Shown: positions 25,001-38,359, numbered from the stretch's first letter. The stretch is 64,000 nt of DNA from Eukaryota sp. TZLM1-RC (GCA_040285825.1 JAUPSS010000001.1:2356001-2420000); one strand, 5' to 3'. The notes: generated from the letters alone by a model not told the origin. Program-made: numbers and translations.

Positions 25001-28000
25001 TCTGGCGCATTGGAGGACTCTTTGTAATCTCTTATAAAATTCTTCGAATGTCGTTCCAACTATTATGATATCGTCAATGTATATAAAAACGCCGTCTATT
25101 TGGAAAATTTCCATCATTACGTTTTGAAAAACTGCTGGGATGTTCTTTAATCCGAAGCAAGCTCTTTTAAACATGATTGACCTTCCAGGAATTGAGATTG
25201 ATGTTTTCTCAATATCCTTATCAGCTACATTCATCTGCCAGAAAGCTTTTGGTAAATCAAGCGTGGCGATGTAATTTGCTCTACTCAAAAATTCTAAAAT
25301 ATCACTAATCCTAGGTAGATTAGGCTCTACTGAAATCGTATGGGCATTAACTCCATCTTTACCACTAAAGTCTCCAGTTAACCAGGGTTTCTTGCCGTCA
25401 GGATATATAACTAAGACAATAGGAGAGCTGAATTTATAATTAGATTCAACTGCGTAACCCATTTCGATCAGTTCATCAAATATTTTGTTTGCTATTTCCA
25501 TTTTGCTGGGATTTAACCGTCTATCAGGCTTGTGTACTATAGCATTCTCATCTCTAAAGGGGATTGTTAGAGGATTACAATCGATCCCTTTTCTATTAGG
25601 AGTTTCACTAAAAACATCGCTGAATAATTTTAGTAGACTCGTTAATTTTAATTTAGTATTACTATCATCTAATTTTATCTCACATCCAGATCTTGCTAAT
25701 TGCTCCTCAAAATCAGAAGGACTTGGTGATTGGTTATCTAAGTTTCCAATCGAATGTTGAGCGATCCTGGAGTCGAATTCTGATTCTGCATTTAGCAAAG
25801 TGCGGTGTTCTTTGTCTAATCTAATGAAAAGACCATCATCCGTCTGAAGCCCAAGTGCTTTTAACATGTCTGTCCCAATTAATAATTTGTTCGAACCCGG
25901 GATTATGGGAAGAGTATGTTTATAATGAACTTGTTGCGCAATGCTTCCTACGTTGATCGACAGAATACCAGTTGTACTCCCTAGCGATTTTGAGGATACG
26001 TTATTAGCTGGTAAGAACTTAATAGTATCCTTGCTATTGATTGACATATGGCATTGTTCAGCTAAATCTGCAGTAATAACTGAACAAAACGCAGCCGAGT
26101 CTATAGTCGCAATCATTTTAATATCATTTATTGATATCTCCAGTCTTAGAAATGGAGAACGCTGGGACCTGATGTGGTTTTCACTAACCGTAGAATTAAT
26201 ATCAAAAATACTATTGATATCAGAGCTGGATTGGTGAATTTGTAGAGGAATTAAAAGATTTTGTTGAGCTGTTGGAAAGTTGTTGACTGGGTTTCCTAAA
26301 TCGGTTGTTGATTGATTGTGATTGATTCCGTTGATGTGTACCCGATTAGGTAAGTTGCCTGTCCTGCTGTTCCGGTTGCTGTTGTTGATCCGTCTGTGAG
26401 GAACCGTACTCGAACGGGTCGGTTTTGACTCAGTAGGGGATGCGTTTGATGATATATCCTCTGTAGTGTTGATGTTATAAATGGGTCTGTACTGACCTCT
26501 TCCTTTATGACCTCTAAAACGGTCTCCACGGCCTCTAAATTTGAATCTATGTACACGTCTACCACGGCCACCTCGGCCCCTTTCTACACTGCCTCTACTA
26601 GCAAGCGCCTCCTGTTCTTCAAATCTGAATCTTTCTTCTTTGGGGACTCTGCTTCTAGCACAATGAGGATCTTTGCATTCGAATACAGTGTGGCCAACAG
26701 GATTGTTACCTTCGACGTTGCTGCAGAATGTACAGAATTTTGACCCTTCTCGTTCATGCTTTTCAGGGATGTATTTGTGTTGAGGGGTTCCTCTTGACTT
26801 TCCACCTGATCGTCTTGCTCGTTTTGATGGAGCCTGGGCTGATGATGTTACTCCTCTTGAGTAAGTTCTCATCGCTGTGAGTCCCAATGGAATATCTTCT
26901 TCGTTAGCCCTGTTCCTTAGTACATCCATTGTGGGCTTGTTTCCTGCTGTGTAACACCAAGCGAGGAAATGTCTTCTCGTTGTCGATATCAAATCGAGTA
27001 GAGTTGTTCTGTTCGGTGAGTCCCACAAGGATTCCCTAGTCCATACTGGGAGGAGTTCGCTCGATATAGCAAAGTTGTCCAAACCCATAAGAAAGTACTC
27101 GGCTATTAGAGCGGGAGATATGGATATCAACCCACTGCTTCCTCTAATTAAATCGGGGATGGTTAGGTCGGTCATGTAGGTGGTCATTCTCAAGACGTCT
27201 CCAAAATCTTCTACATAACGACCAAACTCGTTGTCAGCCTCGTGCCTATTGTGGATTTTTCTCCAGTTTATTCTAGGCTTCATTAGAGCTGTACAAGCCT
27301 CATGATATGATGTGAATTGTGTTCTTTTTAGCAGAAATACCATGACGTCGGCGTCGGTATAATCAACACCGAGTAAACCTTGACTTTGCCATCTGGATAG
27401 AAGGCTAGGGTCAATCATGCTGGATATTCCTGTAGGGCAAGTGCTCATCATAATGCTCCTAAATAAATCATAATGGTGGATTGAGGGTCCGAGCTTATCT
27501 GTTATAGCTGGCTCAATCCTTACCAAAGGCTGTGTTGTATCCCTGGTGATCTCGTCGCGTATATGTTTGGGGAGATCTTTAATCCTATCTTGGGTTATTT
27601 CTGCTTGGCCTTCTCCAAATAGCTGGGTAGCTATCATAAAGGCTCTGGTCCAATCTGATTGACCTGGGGTTTCAAGGCTTCTATTAGCTATCTTTCGCCC
27701 GTATTTATCCCAAGTTTGATATTTTAAAAGAAAAGCTATGATAGACATTTTGTTGATAGGGTCATCAGCGGATAATCGAGGTCTTTTATAGTCGATATCC
27801 TTAGACCGTGGATCAATCTGTCTATGAAGGCTACTAGCTATGCTCATGTCAATAGCACTTCTTGAGGATTGTAGGTCCTCAATACGCATAGATCTGTCGG
27901 AAGAAGAGTTTCTTACTGAGGGTTGAGGAGGAGCCGTTTCTCCAACGACTGGCCCGTTCAACTCTATGTCTTCTCCGATTTCACGTTCCATAGGTTGGAA

Positions 28001-29385
28001 GGAAGTTGGTTCTTCCTGAGGAGCAACGTCTTGTCTTGTTACAGGTTCCGGGGCGTTCACTGTTGGAACGTGTTCGGGTATGCTGTCAATAGAGCAGACC
28101 TGTATTGGTTGGCTTTTTTCAGAAATTATAGGGGCTACAACAGGCAGTTTGGGAAGGTGGAGAGATGTGGATGGATTTCCCGTTACCCATTGTCTAAACT
28201 CTCGTTGTTTCGTGAACGAGTTACCATGTTGTTGGATGTAGTTGTTAGGACGGCTCCTATACGTGGATACAGCTGATCGTTCCGTATGAATGTTGTTTAA
28301 AGCGTCTGCATCAAACCAGGGTGTTACCGGTTCAAGCTTGTCTGGTTCACTACTATCCTCCTGCTCCATAAATTCCCTAAAATATGTGGGAGCACCCTCT
28401 GTCAGCTCCGTGTAATTATGGATTTCCGTATCAAAGTTAGGATCAAACCAGGCAGGCAATTTGGATTGTAGGATGTCTTCCGAGTCGGTCCTACTTCTCT
28501 GCTCGATGGAGAGAAACCTTATTCTCCTGCCGTGTTGATCTAGGAAGGAGGCCTTCCAATCCAATCTATCTTTGATGGGAAGAGACATCATTTCATTGAT
28601 TCTCTTGTCCATTTCAGAGATTCTGGGGCGGCGCTCTGCGTTACGCCCGAATGTCTCTCTACTCAGTTTATCGAGTGCCTTTATGAGTTCATTCCTTTCA
28701 TTGAGGGGAATATCCAATACCTTTTGGGTATCCCCAATCATTCCGAGGGTCTGGAAACCAACGTTTCTGCCTCTTTTTTGAATGTAACTCCATAAAGGAG
28801 GAAGCTGCTCGAACAGACAGAAATCTGTTGGTTCGAGGTAAGCCTCCGCATCCTCTCTTAATAACTTGTAGAACCACTCAGAAGAGTCGTCTTCTCCCTC
28901 CATTTCATCCAGTTGAGATTGAATTTCTTCATATTCTCCTAATGGGGAAGACGTGTCTAAGGTGGGATCTCCATCCGTTCCCTTTGAGACAGGTTCTAGA
29001 ATTGGGAGGGGAGAGGGAGCCGGGTCCGTTCTCGTTGCCTCCGAGGACAATTCTGCATACTTGAGGGGAGAGGGAGCCGGGTCCGTTCTCGTTGCCTCTT
29101 TCATTGCTTTGAGGGGAGAGGGAGCCGGGTCCGTTCTCGTAACCTCATCTGTTTCTTTTTCCTGAGGGGAGAGGGAGCCGGGTCCGTTCTCGTTACCTCT
29201 TCTGTTGTTGAAGATGGAGGGACCTCGTCCACTCTTTCATCTTCTTCTACTTTAAGGGAGGGGGAGGTGGGATCCGGGTCCGTTGCCTCGTTACCCTCTA
29301 TATCATGTATGTGTGACGCTGGTACCTGCTGCATGTTAAGTGGGGGATTAGAGTCAGAGATATCTGGTTGGGAGATGTCTGACAT
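22062..29385 (-). pseudogene. C1 Gag-Pol (frameshifted; integrase core partly duplicated)
   Basis: ORFs 29101..29385, 24191..29104, 22602..24251 and 22052..22753 with CTFC..GH..C, IDSAA, YIDD, DASD, HHCC and DDE motifs. Confidence 0.9.
29006..29193 (-). repeat. 4x ~50-bp coding tandem repeat (TRTDPAPSPL) in C-family Gag
   Basis: GAGGGGAGAGGGAGCCGGGTCCGTTCTCGT occurs four times; same array at 39483-39670. Confidence 0.9.
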
Positions 29386-29462
29386 GCTGTAAAGTGCCTG
29401 GGGATGTTTACTAATGCTGAAGTTATGGTATACCTTTTGACTTTAAAATGGCCAATAATTAT

Positions 29463-29554
29463 TGTTGCCTAAAGTCTATTGTAGTAAAGAAAAGTCAATG
29501 AGGAAAAGTTGATTTATTTTTTAATCATATTATATAAGCCTTAGGGCGCCAACA
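29463..29554 (-). repeat. 5' LTR of C1 (92 bp)
   Basis: Direct repeat of 13973-14064. Confidence 0.95.
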
Positions 29555-29558
29555 CAGT

Positions 29559-30770
29559 GCCCGATTTTCATATTCTATTCCTAATTGTAACAGTGTTTTT
29601 GTTAATATTTCGGGAATTGCTTTTCTACTCAAATCAATTTGATTGTGCCAGAAATTCAAGTTCAGCTCTTTTCCTGGTCTTTCCTTTATTGAACTTGTGA
29701 AGCCTTCAAGAAATTTGAAATCAAATATTCCAATGTTACCAAATAGAGAAACAACAAATGGAACAAGCTGGTACTTTACATGCTCAAAACTTATAAGCTG
29801 ATATAAGGGCTCCTCGTACCTTTTGAATTTGCTCTATTCAGCAAGCAAAGTGGAGTTTCATCCTTTTTGCAAAATCAATTACTGATTCTTTACAAACATC
29901 AACAATGACAACATCAACAATTGTCATCACACCATCAGAGCCAGGAGTAATAAAATCAGCACGACGTTTCCTGAAAGTATGATCATCTTCATTTTCAGGT
30001 GACAATTTACGCACAAGTGGTCCAACAAAAGCTTCAATATGGTGGCTTTTGCACACGGCAAACAGTTGGTCTCTCATTGCATCATGAACAACTGAGCGAA
30101 ATGTAATACTAAATTTGCAATTAAATGAATGATTCAAATTAATAAGCTGACCACGGTGACAAATCAAATCACTTGGCACACTGCATGGCCACAGAAAACA
30201 CCTCATCTTCAGAGCAGTTGTCCATTGATGGCCATTCAATAATAAACCTAAAACACTTGGGAAATCTTGGAAACTGGGAATGAGACAGCTTGAGCTACTT
30301 TCCTTAAGATCAATTAAAAAGTTCGCAAAAATTGGATTCTTTTCTTTAGCCAAGCTAAGACGAACAGTAAAATCATAGTGTTCAAAAACTTTTAAGATTT
30401 CCAAATTTTTGGGTGGAATTTCTTGAATATCGGCAGGAAAGCATTTGAACCAGATTTGAGGAGAGAGGCGTTCAATTTAATTTTGCAAAGACACCAAATA
30501 ATCACTAACACAATGTTCCATTAAATGTTGGTTTTCAGGAAAACGTTTCAAAAATTCACAAATGAAAATTTTGCTTTTACCAATAAATGTAGATTTACAC
30601 AAAAATTTAGATTTGTGAAAATCTAGGTCTCCCAATTCTGTGCTACAAAACAATGACTGTGTAAATAAGAAGAATCAATGTCAAGCAAAGTAACCAAAAA
30701 TTTTGTTCTTAATTCATTAAAAATTCTGCAAAATTCGAGAGATATAGACGGCAAGGTTGATCGACAAATT
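29559..30770 (-). mobile_element. Degenerate CRE-clade non-LTR element N3 (N2-related), RLE region
   Basis: ORF 29838..30404 is homologous to 2448..3230 (MRCFLWP, HDAMRDQL, RRAD). Confidence 0.85.
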
Positions 30771-31133
30771 ATCTTGTTTTCCATGGTGGGTTTAGTATTC
30801 AGCTAAAAGGTATTTGATTGATATTTTCCTTGTATATGTAGAAAATTTCAAATCATAAATTGGACTTTATAGTGTTTTGCTTCAGCCAAAATTAGCAATT
30901 CATTTTAGTTAAACTAATTACTATCATATGTAGGCAATGGTTTGGATTTAAACTGGCAGTGATAAAGCACATGTTATTGGTAAAAGATAGGCCAGTCCAC
31001 CCACAGAGAGCCAAGATTGGTCAAAACTCAGCACTGATCCGACGAGATGGTATTTAGAAATCTTACTTCCAAAAAATCCCCTACATCTATAAAAAGGACA
31101 CTTATTCCATTGTTATAGACATTATCTGTAAAA

Positions 31134-33920
31134 ATGACAGAAACTTACAACGAGCTTCCCAGGAAAGGTGAGATTGAGGAGCTCCGTGAAGGTCTCGTCT
31201 CTACTGATGCTAACAAGAAACGTGACACTATACATAAGGTCATCTCTGCTATGACCAATGGTAAACATGATGTATCCTCTCTCTTCATGGAAATGCTCCA
31301 CTCCATTTCCTCAAATGACCTCGAGATTAAGAAACTTGTATACCTCTTCCTCACCAACTATGCACAAGCCAAACAAGACCTAGCCCTTCTTGCTGTCAAT
31401 GCTTTTGTCCAAGACGCTTCCCACTCAAATCCACTAATCCGAGCCCTTTCTATTCGAACAATGGGCTCAATCCGTATTGATACTCTCTCTGAGTACCTCT
31501 GTGAACCCCTTCGTGCCTGTCTCGACGACTCTGATCCTTACGTTCGCAAAACTGCTGCTCTCACCATTGCCAAAGTTTATGATGTTTCCCCTGAACTCAT
31601 TGAAGATCAAGGGTTCCTAGACCGACTTTGTGAGCTCCTTGTAGATGAAAACCATGTAGTTATTGCCAATGCTGCCACTGCTCTCTCTGAAATCTCCACT
31701 ATCCACCCCAACCCTTCTGCAATCTTTTCTCTCACTTCTAGCTTAGTTTCCTCCCTCATCACAGCCTTGGATTCATGTACTGAATGGGGTCAGATCAGTT
31801 TGATTGATGTATTGGTTGATTATGCTCCTGAGAATGGTAATGAAGCTTCAATGTTGATTGAAAGGCTGTTGCCACGCCTTCAGCATCGTAATTCTGCATT
31901 GGTCCTCGGTGCGGTCAAGCTAATACTAAGATGGTCAAATTATTTAGAAGCTTCAGAATTATCAATTATTGAAAAGAAATTAACGCCTCCATTGGTTTCC
32001 TTAATGTCTGGAACGGCTGAAATTCAGTTGGTTGTATTAAAAAGTTTACAATTAATTGTTGGGAAAAAACCACATTTACTACGACCCCATTATAAAGTGT
32101 TTTTCTGTAAGTATAATGATCCCATTTATGTCAAATTGGAGAAAATTGAATTATTAATTTTATTATCATGTGATGAGAATATTTCAGCCATCCTAAGCGA
32201 GCTTTGTGATTATGCAAATGAAGTTGACGTTGATTTTGTCAGAAAAGCTGTCCGATCGATCGGATTGATTGCTATCAAATTACCAAATTCAGCGGCTTTT
32301 TGTGTAGAATCTCTATTAGACTTGATTAAATCAAAATCCTCTCATGTAGTCCAGGAAGTGGTGGTAGTTGTCCGAGATATCTTCAGGAAATATCCAAATA
32401 CTTTTGAGGGATGTATTGGAGAATTATGCAGTCATTTGACTTCTCTTGACGAACCTGCCGCTAAGTCTGCCATGGTTTGGATCATTGGGGAATATGGTAA
32501 CCGCATAGCCAATGTCGAGGATCTTATGGAAATCTTTATTGATGGTTTTGCTGATGAAACAACTGAGGTACAACTATCAATTCTCACGGCAACCGTCAAG
32601 TGCTACCTGAAAAAACCCAAACAAATCAAACCCTTTCTATCACGAGTTTTTACCTTTGCGACCACCATTACTGACAACCCCGACCTCAGAGACCGAGCTT
32701 TTGTCTACTGGAGGTTGTTGTCACTAAGTCCAGAGCTTGCCAAAAAGGCCGTGTTGGGAGAGAGACCTGTTGTGGAGACTGGAATTTTGCAACTAGAAGG
32801 AGGGCTTCATGAGATTTTGCTCAACCAAATAGGGTCATTAGCAGCGGTGTTACATAAGGATCCTATGCTAGTAGCTCGAAAAACAAGAAAATTGAGCGAT
32901 CAAAATGATGATGATGATGTCATAGGGGTAACTGGTGACGTGATTCAATCAAAAGAAGAGATCAATCATTCTGGGGACGATATTTTGGACTTGTTGAGCT
33001 TGGATGACAAGCCAGAAGTTAAAAAGGAAAGTGGCCAATCAGAACAACAATCAATCAATTCTGATTTGATTAGTGAGCTTCAGGACAGTCAGGAAGAATC
33101 CACTCAGTCAGTCAATAAGATTCCTGAAGATTATGACCTATTTTTGGACCATTCGAAGTGCGGTGGTGTTGAATTATACGGAAAATTCGAACAATTTGAA
33201 TCCAAATCTATTGTTTTAAAATTGTTGGCCATATCCAAAATTGATATTCCAATCAGCAACCTTGCAATTCAATTCAACGTGAACTGTCTTGGTCTCGCTG
33301 TCGATTCTTCCTTCTCTGCTACAGTTGCGCCACGTGAGGAAGTGTTTCTTGATGTCCCAATTGGCGTTAACCCCCAAAGAAAGAAAATATTAGAGGGGAT
33401 CAAGAATTTTGTCATTCAGGCTGCAATAAAACATTCCAAAGGTGGACCGTTCTTCTTTGCCATTCCTATTAATCTAACCTCATTTTTGATTAAATCAAAG
33501 TCAATGATCAGCAAAGCTCAATTCATTGCGGCATGGTCTGCAGTTTCGGATGATAAAGCTATTCGAGGTGGTATCAGTTTGAATGGAAGCTATAGTGAAG
33601 AGAACATTGTCAAGGTGAAGTCTTTTATTAATGAGCTGAATATGAATATTATTTTTTCCCAATCTGTTTCAAATGGTGATTTAATTCACTGTGCAGGTGT
33701 TACTATTGATGGATCAGCAATGGTCATTGATTTTTTGATTAAACATGGTGATTTTTCGATGGATGTTGCCATTAAAACACCAGCTAATCATTTATGTGGA
33801 ATTTTGTTGAAAAATTTCGAAATTGAGTTTGCTAAATTGAAATTTGAAGATGTTGAGGGAGATTTTTTTGCCAGGTCGAAGGAAAATAGTTCAACATTTG
33901 ATGATCTACTGCAGTTTTAA
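31134..33920 (+). CDS. AP1/2B: AP-1/AP-2 adaptor complex beta subunit (beta-adaptin)
   Basis: KGEIEEL, LEIKKLVYLFL, NPLIRALSIRTM, DPYVRKTAA, YNDPIYVKLEK, EVDVDFVRKAVR, NPDLRDRAFVYWRLL motifs, plus hinge and appendage; intronless. Confidence 0.95.
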   Translation: MTETYNELPRKGEIEELREGLVSTDANKKRDTIHKVISAMTNGKHDVSSLFMEMLHSISSNDLEIKKLVYLFLTNYAQAKQDLALLAVNAFVQDASHSNPLIRALSIRTMGSIRIDTLSEYLCEPLRACLDDSDPYVRKTAALTIAKVYDVSPELIEDQGFLDRLCELLVDENHVVIANAATALSEISTIHPNPSAIFSLTSSLVSSLITALDSCTEWGQISLIDVLVDYAPENGNEASMLIERLLPRLQHRNSALVLGAVKLILRWSNYLEASELSIIEKKLTPPLVSLMSGTAEIQLVVLKSLQLIVGKKPHLLRPHYKVFFCKYNDPIYVKLEKIELLILLSCDENISAILSELCDYANEVDVDFVRKAVRSIGLIAIKLPNSAAFCVESLLDLIKSKSSHVVQEVVVVVRDIFRKYPNTFEGCIGELCSHLTSLDEPAAKSAMVWIIGEYGNRIANVEDLMEIFIDGFADETTEVQLSILTATVKCYLKKPKQIKPFLSRVFTFATTITDNPDLRDRAFVYWRLLSLSPELAKKAVLGERPVVETGILQLEGGLHEILLNQIGSLAAVLHKDPMLVARKTRKLSDQNDDDDVIGVTGDVIQSKEEINHSGDDILDLLSLDDKPEVKKESGQSEQQSINSDLISELQDSQEESTQSVNKIPEDYDLFLDHSKCGGVELYGKFEQFESKSIVLKLLAISKIDIPISNLAIQFNVNCLGLAVDSSFSATVAPREEVFLDVPIGVNPQRKKILEGIKNFVIQAAIKHSKGGPFFFAIPINLTSFLIKSKSMISKAQFIAAWSAVSDDKAIRGGISLNGSYSEENIVKVKSFINELNMNIIFSQSVSNGDLIHCAGVTIDGSAMVIDFLIKHGDFSMDVAIKTPANHLCGILLKNFEIEFAKLKFEDVEGDFFARSKENSSTFDDLLQF

Positions 33921-34660
33921 ATCTTGTAATTAATAAAATACCTTTTCCGACTCTGAATTGTCAAAACTTTTTTATATAGATAATGTCTGTTTGCAACAAC
34001 TTATAAATGTAGAGCTTATCTAACACTGATTAATCAACGGTAAATTCAGTTTCTTCAATTATGAAAGAGTTTCTGCTTTTGTTAGCTATATTTGACCAAA
34101 TACTATTAATCATTTGATCTTGGTCAATTGAAGGACAGAGTAAGTTGACATGCTTCTACAAAACGGTCTTCACGACACTTGATAATCACATATCATCAAG
34201 GAATTTTTAACCATGTTCATTTATGAAGGTTTTTCCATCTAATCCCTCCACAAGGAAGCTTTCATTAAACAGAAAGGCGGGAACCAAGCCAAAGAAACAA
34301 TTATTAATTAATTATTCATAAAAAATCAAAAAAAAATGATTATTTTGCTTGAAGTTCATTCAATTGCTATGTCTAATCGATTTGGACCTGTCTTGTAACA
34401 CAGTCTAAACTAAATGGACTAAGTCTACCTGAGAAGACTTGTCGAAGCTTTGATTAATTGAACCTAAACAAATGTCAAAGAAACAGAAGTTGTTTTAATA
34501 TCTTCTTGACAAACATCACCCAAAGTTATATATTTTTTCTAGCACCATCATCATGACGTCATCATGATGCAATTGTGATCCACATGAATGATTCAACAAA
34601 TAAACCTTGTCAATTATGCAAAAAAACTAAATTTATTAATAAATATTACTAAAACAATCT

Positions 34661-36208
34661 CTACTTGTTTTTTCTTTTCATCATAACCTCTAATTGAGAC
34701 CTCTTCCTTTTTCTACAAACAACATCTTCACCCAGTCCTGGATCAGGTGTCATGGCCTCTTCCAACGAAATTCTTTCAAACAGAATTAAACACTCACAAT
34801 GAGGAGTTCCAGGAAACAGATCCACAATGCAAGCCTTCGTTGGCTTAAATGGAATTCCTGGAATGTAATGGGAAGCCCTCCTACAGATGGCAGGTAGACA
34901 ATCAGCCAAAGACGTCACTTTGCAGGCAATGTAGACAAACTTTGTCAATTCTTTGGTCTTTCTCAGAGCCAATGAAGCATTCTTATGCAGCCCGCCTCTG
35001 GGAGGATCGACAATGGCGGAAATATTTGAAATATTGGGATTTGAGGCAAGAAAATTGGAAACTATTGGACCTAAAACATTTTCGGCGGGTCCCGAGTGGA
35101 ATTGCGCCTTTGAAATACCATTATCTTTGGCATTTTTGTTGGCATTCTCAACCGCAGTCTCGCAAATATCTACCCCTATCACGTGAGTGTTTCTATTTTT
35201 AGCAACAGTCAGTCCAATTGTACCTGTACCACAGCAAACGTCCAAAAATAGGTCAGATTCTGTTGAACTCTCTTGAAAACACCAATCAATTGCCTGTTTG
35301 TATAACAATTCGGCAGCAGCTTTATTTACTTGGAAGAATGCATCTATTCCAATGTCAAAATTTAATCCACATATTGATGAAACAATATGATCTCTTCCAT
35401 AAATGACCTCAAAATTTGAAAGATTATCAGCCGAAGGAACCGAAACTCCTTCAAAATTCAAGTACAAAACCCCCTCTACAGTAAAATCTACAGTGAGTGG
35501 CTTCGACTCTACAGTTGTGACAAGTTCAAAATTTGGGGAATTTGTCGTAATGAGCTTTACTAAATCATGCTTTAATTTCGCAACTTGTCCACACAATTGA
35601 CCATCAATTTTATAATCTTTTTCAGAAACCACAAACATTATTAGTAGCTTTCCAGTGTCACTAATTCTACATGTAATTGTCCTAAAGTAACCGAATTTTT
35701 TAGCCTGATCCCATGGCTTGAATAGTTCAAAAATTTGGGGTAAGTTAATGTACCAATGAACCAGCTTGGCAATCTGCTTAAATTCATTAGGAATCAACAT
35801 TGAATTGTAATCAAAAAATCTACGATGTTTAAAAGGACCACCTTGGAAACCAACAAAAGCTTCCCCTTCCTGTAATCCGAAAGAGAATTCACACTTGTTC
35901 CTGTAGGCTTCCCTTGGTTCAGGAGCTTCCACAACATGGGAGATCTCACAGATAGGAGTATTGGGAGTAAGTTGCCGGGTCCAAGGAGGCATGGCTTTGG
36001 AGGAGATACGAAGTTTGTTGGAGCAATCAGTAAGAGCTTGAGTGACCATAAAACGTTTGATAGTTAGCTGATCATCATATGAGAGGTGATGTAGAGGGGC
36101 GGTAACGTCATTGGCTGTCTGTTCTTTTAGTGGTTTTGAAGATCGAAAATCATGAGTGAGATTGTGGTGTTGGCATATATCATAAACTTGAGATAGAAGG
36201 TCGTCCAT
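34661..36208 (-). CDS. TRM2: tRNA (uracil-5-)-methyltransferase, TRM2/TRMT2A family
   Basis: YRNKCEFSFG, FFQVN, DVCCGTGTIG, VDPPRGGLH, YIAC, DLFPGTPHCE motifs; first ATG at 36208. Confidence 0.92.
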   Translation of the reverse strand: MDDLLSQVYDICQHHNLTHDFRSSKPLKEQTANDVTAPLHHLSYDDQLTIKRFMVTQALTDCSNKLRISSKAMPPWTRQLTPNTPICEISHVVEAPEPREAYRNKCEFSFGLQEGEAFVGFQGGPFKHRRFFDYNSMLIPNEFKQIAKLVHWYINLPQIFELFKPWDQAKKFGYFRTITCRISDTGKLLIMFVVSEKDYKIDGQLCGQVAKLKHDLVKLITTNSPNFELVTTVESKPLTVDFTVEGVLYLNFEGVSVPSADNLSNFEVIYGRDHIVSSICGLNFDIGIDAFFQVNKAAAELLYKQAIDWCFQESSTESDLFLDVCCGTGTIGLTVAKNRNTHVIGVDICETAVENANKNAKDNGISKAQFHSGPAENVLGPIVSNFLASNPNISNISAIVDPPRGGLHKNASLALRKTKELTKFVYIACKVTSLADCLPAICRRASHYIPGIPFKPTKACIVDLFPGTPHCECLILFERISLEEAMTPDPGLGEDVVCRKRKRSQLEVMMKRKNK

Positions 36209-37142
36209 GTAGAAAAACTGCAAAATTCCTTAAGTAAAGATGGAGAATTGATGTTTTGAAAGAGAAAAGGATTTCATTTGTTTCAACTATTCTTGTTAAT
36301 CACAATCACAGTGTGAGCACACTTTGCTTAATTTACTGATATTTTTCAACAAGAAGACTAAATTATAAATTGTTTGATATAGAAAAATCTTGTATTAGAC
36401 ATTATCTTATGTTCTTATCGTAGACAGTAGACAATTATTATTGTCAGTTCATTCATTAATAAATATATACTAGTAATATTGTTTACCAAATTTGACAAAT
36501 TTAACACTACAAGTGAGATCACATTTGGTCAGGCGTTGTGATCAACAAGTATGGTTTGAACCTTCATCAAAATTGCCTTTTATAGGTGATTGGTTCTGTT
36601 TCGACTACACCCTTGATGCATCACTTACCACTTACAATGTAACGAAATATCAATTGCAAAAATATCAGAACAGAATTTATAAATAGAAGTGCTGCTAACG
36701 AGTTTGTAGCATAACAAATGACGGATTGATTTGAAAATGAAACCAAGTAGTCACACAACATAATGTTCAGAGTGATGAACTAGTTCAAGATTTGACTTTC
36801 AACACCAGTAAATCCTAGTAAATTCTTGGGTTCAAAAGTGACTAGGAATAGATGAGTGATTTTGCTATGAAATTAATGAACCTTTTAGCAAAATAAGCTG
36901 ATTTTGTGTGATTAAAATTATTTAGAATACTAAGCTTTGTATTTAAATAGTCATGACAAATCTAACCACTTCTTCATGAGCCAAAACAAATAAAATAAAA
37001 AAATAAAATAAAAATAATAAAAAAATAAATCAAGAATGAATCAGCAAAAAAAATAACAAAATTAATCAAGAATTTATGACAGAGAAAATACAAATACAAA
37101 TCAAAAATATAATATACAGAGGATAAAAAATAACTAAATCAA

Positions 37143-37934
37143 TCAGTAATTAACAGCATTTCTGCTCTTTTGAGGATGTAAAGCAATTGCGATGCTACAG
37201 TCATTACCAGGTATTAAGTTGACTAGACCTAATTGTTCAGGGCTTCTACTTAATTGTTCGATTCTTTTACTACTTTTTGGTCTACAACAAGGTCGAATTC
37301 TCTTATTCAAAACACATTCCCGAACATTAGGCGCATTGTTGATTTCTGGAGCTGAATCAAACTTTAAAGGTGTTTCTCTTAGTGAGAAATGCTGCTGCTT
37401 ACCAAATTCTTTCCTTTTCTGAGTCAATACCTTACTTTCGTAGTAGTGATCAGGTTTAAATGTTGCACTGGGAGAAGGTCCGTAGAGATGACCAGCTGCT
37501 GTGAACTCAGAACTTGGGGCAATAGGAGCTGACCAGAGACGTCCTGAAGAATCCATAGAAGTAGCAGTACCAATACATCGTTCTTTAGGGGCGACTCGGT
37601 AGTGTGTAGAGGTGAGAGGATTTGAAGCGGAAGCAGGAGCAGTCTTGGGGCGGAGATAAGGAGCAAGAGGACCAGAGTAAGAAGGCGAAGATGGCTTCGG
37701 AGCAGTGCCCCGAGTGAAATGGAATAAGGTCTCTGATAGGCCGTCTGATGTCAGGGATCGGTTGAAGTACTGATGAGCAGGTGTAGTTGAGGGTCGTGAA
37801 GCTTGTACTGTGGATGGTGTTGATGTGGTAGACAAACTTCGTCTATTTTTACGAATCGAAGAAAGACGTGTTTTTAAAAGATCCTTTTCATTGTTTGTTG
37901 ATATGGAAGAGAGCGATGGAGTGTAGTCTGTCAT
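37143..37934 (-). CDS. Hypothetical Ser/Thr/Pro-rich basic protein
   Basis: 263-aa ATG-initiated ORF with higher GC than its flanks; no recognised domain. Confidence 0.6.
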   Translation of the reverse strand: MTDYTPSLSSISTNNEKDLLKTRLSSIRKNRRSLSTTSTPSTVQASRPSTTPAHQYFNRSLTSDGLSETLFHFTRGTAPKPSSPSYSGPLAPYLRPKTAPASASNPLTSTHYRVAPKERCIGTATSMDSSGRLWSAPIAPSSEFTAAGHLYGPSPSATFKPDHYYESKVLTQKRKEFGKQQHFSLRETPLKFDSAPEINNAPNVRECVLNKRIRPCCRPKSSKRIEQLSRSPEQLGLVNLIPGNDCSIAIALHPQKSRNAVNY

Positions 37935-38359
37935 GGTATTACTAGATGAGGTTAATAAATCAAAAGCGAGAATATGATTGATGCTGTCAAATTTGCTATT
38001 TTTTAATGAACCAATGAACCTTTATTTAAATTGTCCAGTCAACAGCATGCAAAATTCTATTTGCATCCATTTTTATTTTCTCTTTTTGGTTCACTTGCTC
38101 CCATGGATATATGCTTTTTGGCAGATTTTGAAATGATTGTAAAGAGAAGAACTAACAGAAATTTCAACAGATTGTTTTGGCAAAGTAGAATTTTGTTTTA
38201 TATTTTTAAGGGGATGTTGGAAATGGTTTCTGATACTTTGCTTTCTCTTGGATCTCACTATGAGAGAGTTGCATCTAGTTTTGTTTTGGGAGAGATGCAT
38301 TATTTAGATGTTGATTTATTCGTTTTCTGATAAATAAATATATTTCAAAAGAAAATTTG

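Larger units (their letters stand above)
13973..29554 (-). mobile_element. Ty3/Gypsy chromovirus-like element, family C, copy C1 (contains nested Gypsy B and an internal ~1.05-kb duplication)
   Basis: 92-bp LTRs at 13973-14064 and 29463-29554 (2 mismatches); TSD CAGT at 13969-13972 and 29555-29558. Confidence 0.95.

Noticed and set aside
29006-29193. CRISPR-like array (30-bp repeats with 18-27 bp spacers)
   Set aside because: Coding repeat inside Gag (in frame in C2), spacers related to each other, eukaryotic context, no cas genes
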